DNA of 64,000 nucleotides from Naegleria gruberi (Eukaryota), in NCBI GenBank assembly GCA_000004985.1, contig GG738863.1. One strand, written 5' to 3'. Position 1 is the first letter of the stretch. Each line of letters opens with the position of its first letter. The notes below the pieces were generated by a model. It did not search any database and was not told the DNA's origin. It saw only the letters and a program-made list of their open reading frames with translations. Shown here piece by piece: positions 57,048 through 64,000 of the stretch. The position numbers and the translations under genes are program-made.

Positions 57048-59006
57048 ATGAAGGTAACGCCCGCAGGAAGTAATCATTTTAATAATAACACTCAATCATC
57101 ATCATCCTTTCTCAGTCGACTCTCTTATATGAGAGCCTTTGAGGAAGCAATTCCAAACCAAACAGCAGGAGGGCTGTTCAACACAGGAAGAGGATATTGC
57201 ATCGATTCAATATGTTCCATCAAGGCTTTTGTTATTATGTTTTTAGTTTTGACAATATTCATCACTTGCGTTGTGATTTGGATTATTATCATGGTTTTAA
57301 TATCATCACAGGTGGAAATAACAATGGCAATCGCCTCAATAATTGTGTGGTGTACATTTGTTGTATCGATCACAATCTTCTCTATACTATTAGCAGTGGG
57401 GGTACACTTTTTGATAAAAAAGCCACTATTTGTACTAACAAGACAACTTGGTACCATGAAATCACTCCGATTTGATGCAATCCAAAAACTTTCCTCAATT
57501 CTCTATGAATTCATACCACTCTATGTGGCCTTTAATGAATTGAATAATTTAATGAAGGATATAAGGCCCTTCATTCCAGAATCCATTACAAGACAATCTG
57601 ATGAAGAAGTACTGGACTTGGATGAAGAAGAACGGAGAAACAAGCAAATGATCGAAATGAGAAAGAAATTAATGCCAATTGCTAAGAAAATTGCAGCTCA
57701 ACAGAAACCAATTACAAAGGTAATAACGGTACAGAAATCAAAATCGAGAGTTGATTTGAACACTCTCAAACCAAACATTAATGAGCAAAAGACAAACGAA
57801 CAAAAACCAGTTGAATCAATAACTCCACAACAAAAACCACAACAACAAACGCCAATGGCAAGTTCATTATTGGATCCAAACTTGGAGGAGAGGCCAAACT
57901 CTGCAGTGGACAAATTAAGGAACGCAGTTTCCAAGGCAGTTGCCAAAGCAACAAAACCAAGAATCGAAGGTTCTCTCTCTTTGCAAATCAATGTCAACCT
58001 TCATGATAATATGTCTGAAGTTAGTAGTGTCTTTAATTCTTCAAGAGAGTTTGGCTCCAACTTGGGAAGTGGATTTTCACCTGAATTTAAAAAAAATTTT
58101 GGGTTAGGGTTGACTTCACACATTACAACAATAATTATTATTCAATTTAGAAACTTTGACGGAAAGAGTTATCCAAATACTGCAGATTTATTGTCAGTAT
58201 TTACATTGCTTTTCCAAAAAGTCCAAAGCGTTAGCAGGCAATTCAGAGGAAGAACGGCTATCATCACTCCAAAGGTTCTCATGATCAGTTTTGAAGTTGG
58301 TAAAAACGCGGAAAGAAATGCCTTACTATGTGCTCTTCAATTAGAAAAACAAATGCAATCAGTCAATACACAGCTCACAGAACAGGTAAATCTTCCCCCA
58401 GTAGAATTTGGAATTGGTGTTTCGAGGTCTGAATGTTTGGTGGGTAATATTGGTACGGCTGCTGTGAGATATTCTGCATTGATTGGAGCTTGTTCAAGCA
58501 ATGCATTGCGATTAGCTGCTCTGTGTGCATACTTTGGTACTTCAATTCTTACCGATGAGTCGCTAACGCTTGCTCTTAACATTGGTTTCATTACACGTGC
58601 TGTCCACTTTATGCACAAGAAATCAATCCTTGATGAAAAATTGTGCCTCGATGATGATGATGTGAATAAGCAAACAATTTTTCAATTGTTGGGCGAGAGA
58701 AAGATTTTGGATGATGAATGGTTTTACGAAATTCAACAACAAGAACAAAATAACTTGTATAAGGAATTCGATCAAGCATTTGAATTATTGAGAGGAGATG
58801 TTAACATGACCTTGTTGAAAGAAATATGTGGAGTGTTTGAAGCCTATTCAAGTAAGCATCCAACTGATAAGGTTGTTTCATTGCTTTATGCTCAATTATC
58901 AAAATATTTACAATATGATGCTGAAGAAGTTGTGGAAGCAATAAGAGCCTTTAGTTTAGAAAAGACCGATATCCCACTTCACACTGATCCATCATTCATT
59001 CTTTAA
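57048..59006 (+). CDS. membrane-anchored class III nucleotidyl cyclase homology domain protein (possibly catalytically divergent)
   Basis: ATG at 57048. Two N-terminal TM helices are followed by a cyclase-homology-like region (IIQFRNFDGKS...ECLVGNIGTAAVRYSALIGACSSNALRLAA). The Asn-x3-Arg is retained, but the canonical metal-binding Asp positions appear substituted. Stop is TAA. Confidence 0.45.
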   Translation: MKVTPAGSNHFNNNTQSSSSFLSRLSYMRAFEEAIPNQTAGGLFNTGRGYCIDSICSIKAFVIMFLVLTIFITCVVIWIIIMVLISSQVEITMAIASIIVWCTFVVSITIFSILLAVGVHFLIKKPLFVLTRQLGTMKSLRFDAIQKLSSILYEFIPLYVAFNELNNLMKDIRPFIPESITRQSDEEVLDLDEEERRNKQMIEMRKKLMPIAKKIAAQQKPITKVITVQKSKSRVDLNTLKPNINEQKTNEQKPVESITPQQKPQQQTPMASSLLDPNLEERPNSAVDKLRNAVSKAVAKATKPRIEGSLSLQINVNLHDNMSEVSSVFNSSREFGSNLGSGFSPEFKKNFGLGLTSHITTIIIIQFRNFDGKSYPNTADLLSVFTLLFQKVQSVSRQFRGRTAIITPKVLMISFEVGKNAERNALLCALQLEKQMQSVNTQLTEQVNLPPVEFGIGVSRSECLVGNIGTAAVRYSALIGACSSNALRLAALCAYFGTSILTDESLTLALNIGFITRAVHFMHKKSILDEKLCLDDDDVNKQTIFQLLGERKILDDEWFYEIQQQEQNNLYKEFDQAFELLRGDVNMTLLKEICGVFEAYSSKHPTDKVVSLLYAQLSKYLQYDAEEVVEAIRAFSLEKTDIPLHTDPSFIL

Positions 59007-59236
59007 GTTGTTGTATGTGACAGGTAGCTACCAAGTACTTTGCAATCACAACCGTTTTATTCAATGATATTAAAACAAAGAGCCGATCCAAAAACAGAGT
59101 TCTAACAAAAAAGCAGAAGTTAAACTAATGAAAATAGCTTGGGACAAACTTCTAATACTGAAATTCATCAAATATTTTGAGGAAGATAGTGAAATTATAA
59201 ATGATTTTACTTCAAAATTTAATTTATTGTTTAAAT

Positions 59237-60874
59237 TTACAATCCTTCATTTCTATCGAGATACATGTCGAGCTGATCTAATTGATCATCAGTAGCAAAT
59301 TCTGACAGAACCATATCTACCATTTTGAAATTTCCAGCTACAGCATCTATGATTGGCTGGTTGGTTTGAATGAATGTATCTTCCAAATATAATTTTCTTA
59401 GTGTGTGATTTTGTTTTACAATCTTTACAATAGAGTCCACAGATTCGTCGTCAATACGTGCATTAAAACTCAAATCTAACTCTTGAAGGCAAGTATTTTC
59501 GAGAATTGCATTCGATAACTCTTCAACATCATCGTTTGAAATATTCTTGTTTTGTAAATTTACAGATTTGAGCATTGGGTTATTCTTTTTCAATTCCTCA
59601 CAAATAACTCTAACATTACCATCCTTAATCAGTCTTTGAAGAATGATCATTTGTTGTCTTTCCTTTTCCTTTCTGAGCTTTTCAGCTGCTTCTTGTTCTA
59701 AACGTAATTGAGCCTCTTCACGTTTCTTCTTTTCTGTGACTTCAATTTGTTTGATTTGTTCATCCATCTTCTCTACCTCTGACTTTGGCAGGTAGATTGG
59801 ATAAATATTCTTTATACGTTCCTTCATGAGTTCAATTTCGTAAGGTTGTAAGAATTTCTCTGGATCTTTTTGTTTTTCAATGAGAAAGTTCAGGCTCGAG
59901 TTGAATTCTGTTCTCTTTGAGGATTGATTATGATTCAAATCTTTAGCTTGCTTCAATTCAGTCTTGAGCATGGAAACAAGTGACATTTTAGATTCTACAG
60001 ATTTGATCCACTCTCCTAATTTTCCAGATTCATTCATTTCGGACATGAGATTGGCAAATTGTTGGGATAGTCTTTCCTTTTCATCATCGAGCTCCTGTTT
60101 TGCTCTTCTATCTTCTTCTTCTTCTTGTAAACGTTGGAGACGAATCCTTTCTTCAACTTCCTTCTTTTTGGCTTCTTCGATTCTTTCCCTTTCCAATCTA
60201 TTTTCTTCTTCAATTCTTTCCAATTCTTTTTGTTTTCTTAATTCTTCTGCCTTTTCCAATTCAGCTTGTTCTTGTTCTCTCTTCAATGCAGCTTCTTGTT
60301 CCAATTTACGTTGTTGTAACATTAGTGACGAGTCAGATTGCTGAGAGGATTGATCTCTGGCAGATTTTTTAGAACGTGTGGAATCCAAATCAGAATCAGA
60401 TTCATCCATGAGCATTTTCATCTTTTCTTCCAATTCCTTCTTCTTTCTCAATCTTTCCTCAATTTCTCTTTGATGTTCCTCTTCACGTTCCTTATCTTCT
60501 TGTTCAGATTTAGCTTTCAATTTTTGGTAGAGGGACATTTGTGAATCGGAAAATCCTGGAACGTTTAAACCAGGCACTGGGGAGTGAGTACTATCTGTCA
60601 CAGATGCACTATCTGTCGAATGAGTATGATGATGAACTGTTGAAGCATTATTTGTAGATTCAGATGTCATTGAATCAGTATCCTCGTGTGTTGATTCATC
60701 TGTTGCAGTATGACTGTTATGAGTAGTTTCCTCTTCGTGTGTTGTTGAAATATTATTGGCTGTTGGGGTTGGACTGTTATCATTAACAATTTTTGAAAGG
60801 AGTTGTGGATCTTCTGGTGCTCCAGAGAATAAACTATTTCCTCTCTTTCTTTCAAGATTTTTCAAATCTGCCAC
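59237..60874 (-). CDS. E/K/R-rich coiled-coil protein with a C-terminal RNI-like leucine-rich repeat cap
   Basis: 545-aa open frame with no in-frame ATG near its 5' end. The frame stays open about 60 nt further upstream without a start codon. Stop is TAA. Confidence 0.45.
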   Translation of the reverse strand: MADLKNLERKRGNSLFSGAPEDPQLLSKIVNDNSPTPTANNISTTHEEETTHNSHTATDESTHEDTDSMTSESTNNASTVHHHTHSTDSASVTDSTHSPVPGLNVPGFSDSQMSLYQKLKAKSEQEDKEREEEHQREIEERLRKKKELEEKMKMLMDESDSDLDSTRSKKSARDQSSQQSDSSLMLQQRKLEQEAALKREQEQAELEKAEELRKQKELERIEEENRLERERIEEAKKKEVEERIRLQRLQEEEEDRRAKQELDDEKERLSQQFANLMSEMNESGKLGEWIKSVESKMSLVSMLKTELKQAKDLNHNQSSKRTEFNSSLNFLIEKQKDPEKFLQPYEIELMKERIKNIYPIYLPKSEVEKMDEQIKQIEVTEKKKREEAQLRLEQEAAEKLRKEKERQQMIILQRLIKDGNVRVICEELKKNNPMLKSVNLQNKNISNDDVEELSNAILENTCLQELDLSFNARIDDESVDSIVKIVKQNHTLRKLYLEDTFIQTNQPIIDAVAGNFKMVDMVLSEFATDDQLDQLDMYLDRNEGL

Positions 60875-60949
60875 AAATTTACCAAAATCTTTGTTTTTCT
60901 GAATTTGTGTTTCTCTTGTGTAGGCATCTAATTACGAATTATTAGAAAT

Positions 60950-61819
60950 TTACATTATTCGAAACAACATACCCTTATAGAATTTTAACAATAATTTAGC
61001 ATCTTCATCACCATTCAGGGCCATATTTTGAACATCCATTGCCAAGGTATAGGATTTTCTTCCACTTCTTCTTCTGAGAGCAACTCTTTCCTCACTTATA
61101 CCTCTCTCATGATGTGCTTCGGCAGCAGTTGATTCTCCACCAACACCAACACTGCCTGGTTGTGATTTACTCACTTCAGACAAATCCAATTTTCCCAACG
61201 AATTTCCACCCATCAAAATTGCATGTGATTTAGAACCCTGTTGATGTGTTGCTGTTTCAAATGATGAATTAATATCACCATCATCCGAATCAGAATCTTC
61301 ATCCATCTGTGAGTCCTTTCTCTTGAAAAAGTCAAAGATACTCTTTCTACGTTTCTGATGTCTTCTTCTATTGGTATTTCTACTTGGTGAGGAATTATTG
61401 GATGATGATGTTGCTGCTGAAGTATTATTCGAAACATCTCCCTGTGAGTGATTCAATGATGAGGAATTTGCTGTTGAAACAGCAACATGATGTTGTTGAC
61501 TGTGAGAACCAGCAATTGTATTACTTCTTGGCGTTTTACTGCTGCTTGGTATTTCGGAGGATGATATTTCAGAGGAGGAATTGTGAATGACTGGAGAGGT
61601 TGTGGTTGTTGTATTGGAACGTGGTGAAGCTATGAAAGCAACAGATTTTCTTCTGTCTTTTTCATTGGTGACTTCCTTCTTTTTGAATAGTGACTTGATG
61701 CCAACCATTTTTAAGTAGTGTACTAGGCTGTTATGGAGAGAGCTAGTGAAGAGGGTTGGCAGGTGAAGGTTTGTTTTTTTATTTTTTTTATTTTGAAGAT
61801 AAGTTTGATTGGTTGACAA
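60950..61819 (-). CDS. hypothetical S/T/N-rich protein
   Basis: 289-aa ORF with TAA stop. A probable start is MVGIKSLFKK at about 61711. Confidence 0.4.
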   Translation of the reverse strand: MSTNQTYLQNKKNKKTNLHLPTLFTSSLHNSLVHYLKMVGIKSLFKKKEVTNEKDRRKSVAFIASPRSNTTTTTSPVIHNSSSEISSSEIPSSSKTPRSNTIAGSHSQQHHVAVSTANSSSLNHSQGDVSNNTSAATSSSNNSSPSRNTNRRRHQKRRKSIFDFFKRKDSQMDEDSDSDDGDINSSFETATHQQGSKSHAILMGGNSLGKLDLSEVSKSQPGSVGVGGESTAAEAHHERGISEERVALRRRSGRKSYTLAMDVQNMALNGDEDAKLLLKFYKGMLFRIM

Positions 61820-61955
61820 GTACCTCAGATGGTGTGCATTGAAGTAAATGGGGTATTCGATAACTTTTTAGGGTCATTAAGAGTGCCATGGATTCGAATC
61901 AGTTATTCGATACAATATAGGAATGTTCTGTTAATAAATGTGTAATGTTAAAAAT

Positions 61956-63050
61956 TTAATTCATTCTTACGAGATTGGAATCAACAAGGAAAACTTTACA
62001 AATGAGGGGACCTTGGATTGTGTAGGCAATCTTTTTGTAAGGACGCCAACGAAGACCAACAGAATGTTTACCTTGAGGGAGCTTGGCAGTAACGTAAGAA
62101 ATTGGTTGTGTGAAGGCAAACTCCAATCTTGAAATTTTGACTTCTGACATTTCTACAAATTCAATACCTGAAAGAGCTGGGTGTGGTTTTTGGTTGACTC
62201 CATCCAAGACAATTACATAATCACCACAAGAGTCTGCAATATAATATTCAATTAATAAATTTCCTTCTCTTGGTACATCAATTTCAACAATTGATGATGG
62301 AATAACTTGCATTTCTTCAATTCCTGGATTTGCAGTAAAAAGTGGTTGATTGGTATTCTTCACATGGAGAGCAAGTAATTGAATTCCATTAATATTACTA
62401 GTAGATGAAGGAGTAATTGTTGGTTGTTGAAGAGAAGGAATAATTGGATTAATTACTGGTGATTGTTGTTCTTTAACAATTGGAATAATTGGTTGTTTTT
62501 GTTTTTCAATAGCAGATCCTAATTCTTCCAATCGAAGATGACAAGCAGTAATCAAATCATCCAATCTATAAAAACGAGCCTCGGATTTTAATCTGAGTAA
62601 TTGTTTTACAGTCAAATTATTAATACTAAGTTCAGGAACCTTACTATATCTAACCCAATCCAAAATTGCTTCAAATAATTCACCATTCAAATCAACAAAT
62701 AAATTTCCTGTTTCATCATATCCGAAATAATCACCAAATGGAAAACTTTTATCATTAGATTGATTGATAGATTGAATTGTTTGGAATGGGTTTGATTGTG
62801 TTGTTGTATTTGGTTTTCTACTCTTTAACGTTGGAATATTATTCAATTCTTTAAATATTGGGATGGATTTTAAAGTCTTGATGGTGGTTACAAATTTTCT
62901 TCCACCAACATTGATCTCTACTGATTCACCCGAAGGTTGAATAGATGACGGTGATGAGGAAGAAGGTGGTTGTTGAAGAGGTTGAATAGTTGGTTGTGGT
63001 TGATGTGATGGTACAATAGGATTAAAACGCTGAAGATTGAAAGGATCCAT
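61956..63050 (-). CDS. BTB/POZ (T1, K-channel tetramerisation-type; KCTD-like) domain protein
   Basis: ATG in aaaaaaaATGg context. A P/Q/S-rich N-terminus is followed by VEINVGGRKFVTTIKTL...LFEAILDWVRYSKV. Stop is TAA. Confidence 0.6.
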   Translation of the reverse strand: MDPFNLQRFNPIVPSHQPQPTIQPLQQPPSSSSPSSIQPSGESVEINVGGRKFVTTIKTLKSIPIFKELNNIPTLKSRKPNTTTQSNPFQTIQSINQSNDKSFPFGDYFGYDETGNLFVDLNGELFEAILDWVRYSKVPELSINNLTVKQLLRLKSEARFYRLDDLITACHLRLEELGSAIEKQKQPIIPIVKEQQSPVINPIIPSLQQPTITPSSTSNINGIQLLALHVKNTNQPLFTANPGIEEMQVIPSSIVEIDVPREGNLLIEYYIADSCGDYVIVLDGVNQKPHPALSGIEFVEMSEVKISRLEFAFTQPISYVTAKLPQGKHSVGLRWRPYKKIAYTIQGPLICKVFLVDSNLVRMN

Positions 63051-63196
63051 TTTTTTTAATTATAATTTTATAAAAGATAATTTTCATCATCTAACTTTGA
63101 AAAGCAAACTCTTATTATTAATCCTTGTGCTGTTTTGAGAACTATTGGCCATGTTACATTGATGAGTTAGTTTATAAAGATGACTTTACAAAAAAA

Positions 63197-64000
63197 ATGT
63201 CAAGACTTGATCAATTGCCTGTAGAGGTTATGGATGAAATTGTTAATTTTCTGGCTGATTCCAATAGTGATGTAATTAATTTTTCATCATGCAGAAAGTC
63301 TATCAGAGAGGAATTACTTGAATCAAATGTATTGGTAATTTCATTGAAAATTTCTTCCGATATTAGAAAGGTGGGGAATATGAATTTGAAAAGATTGAAA
63401 GCAATAGAAAAGAAGAAGAATCAAGCAAGCAAAGAATATGAGATTAAACAAGAGGAGAAGGAAACTAAAAAGAGAAAATTTGATGAATATATTACACAAG
63501 ATAAGGAAAATCAATATATAACTCGCTATAACAAGGAAGAGGATAGAGAACCACTCGTCCAAATTAAAAAGGCCTTCTCATTAATAGATTACCGTAAACG
63601 AGAATCTAATACAGCATTTCCAGGGTATGAGTTTGAGAAATTACTAATTACTCAAACTCAGAATAATATGAATGTCTCTAAAATATTTACAAAGAAAATT
63701 GATGCAATTATTGAAACTCAAGATATCAAGAAATATTGGACTCGTCTACTGAAAGACTATTTTTATTTTGAATGTGGAGAGGAGAATTGTAAAATTATTG
63801 TTAACTGTGTTTTTCAAAAGGTTGAATATACTTCTTGGACCTTTAGGAAGGTGTATGATACCTATCCAAGCTTTGTCATTCATAAGGGAAAATTTAACAT
63901 TGAATCGGATAATTTTTCATTTAAATCACAGGAAAATGAGGAAAGTAAGTTTCAATTTAGCATATTTCTTAAATTTTTATCAGAAGGAGGAAGTTGGCGA
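63197..64000 (+). CDS. F-box protein, 3'-partial (open to the window end)
   Basis: ATG at 63197 in aaaaaaaATGt context. The F-box motif is LDQLPVEVMDEIVNFL. There are 268 codons with no stop up to position 64000. It is absent from the ORF track because no stop is reached. Confidence 0.5.
   Translation, partial: MSRLDQLPVEVMDEIVNFLADSNSDVINFSSCRKSIREELLESNVLVISLKISSDIRKVGNMNLKRLKAIEKKKNQASKEYEIKQEEKETKKRKFDEYITQDKENQYITRYNKEEDREPLVQIKKAFSLIDYRKRESNTAFPGYEFEKLLITQTQNNMNVSKIFTKKIDAIIETQDIKKYWTRLLKDYFYFECGEENCKIIVNCVFQKVEYTSWTFRKVYDTYPSFVIHKGKFNIESDNFSFKSQENEESKFQFSIFLKFLSEGGSWR

Noticed and set aside
1-64000. Wholesale UGA=Trp (or UGA=Cys) nuclear code
   Set aside because: All Trp codons checked in conserved proteins (tubulin, ARL3, copine, TCF25) are TGG. 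Long conserved ORFs contain no in-frame TGA. Only the weaker statement survives, that TGA is avoided as a terminator.
1-64000. Prokaryotic-style systems (CRISPR arrays, defence islands, operons)
   Set aside because: The window is unambiguously eukaryotic nuclear DNA, with spliceosomal introns, Kozak starts, LINE and piggyBac elements, and a Pol III tRNA. No direct-repeat/spacer arrays are present.

Overview
This window is a 64-kb segment of an AT-rich (about one-third GC), gene-dense eukaryotic nuclear scaffold, with roughly one gene per 1.6 to 1.8 kb. Introns are short (about 40 to 140 nt), GT-AG, usually with a GTAAGT donor. Start codons sit in A-rich Kozak contexts (aaaaaATGg). There are six N-run assembly gaps.

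Gene content points to a zoosporic or early-diverging fungus, or a related flagellated protist. The evidence is a Zn2Cys6 transcription factor with a fungal-type middle homology region, together with the ciliary genes ARL3 and DNAAF1, a copine, a serpin, and many N/Q/S-rich low-complexity proteins. The species cannot be named from the sequence.

About 40 protein-coding genes are supported. Identifiable ones:
- 5'-nucleotidase-like metallophosphoesterase
- long-insert Ras-like small GTPase
- divergent alpha-tubulin
- serpin
- Zn2Cys6 transcription factor
- DNAAF1-like LRR protein
- LigB-type extradiol dioxygenase
- novel 7TM protein next to a 7TM-RGS protein
- HUWE1/Tom1-like N-terminal ARM/UBA/UIM protein
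- ARL3
- TBC-domain protein
- TCF25/Rqc1
- ankyrin-repeat protein
- copine with a Q/P/Y-rich tail
- membrane-anchored class III cyclase-homology protein
- coiled-coil/LRR protein
- BTB(T1) protein
- two F-box proteins

Mobile DNA includes one intact non-LTR retrotransposon (ORF0/ORF1/APE-RT-RNaseH ORF2) and a degraded piggyBac-type transposase relic.

The two most unusual items are a tRNA-like gene with a tRNA-Trp-like anticodon loop but a UCA (UGA-reading) anticodon, in a window where none of about 37 genes ends in TGA, and a protein whose first 14 residues copy the histone H3 N-terminal tail (K4R) with no histone fold behind it.

No CRISPR arrays, rRNA genes or prokaryote-style operons are present. 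ORF-track entries containing X runs are artefacts of reading through N gaps.
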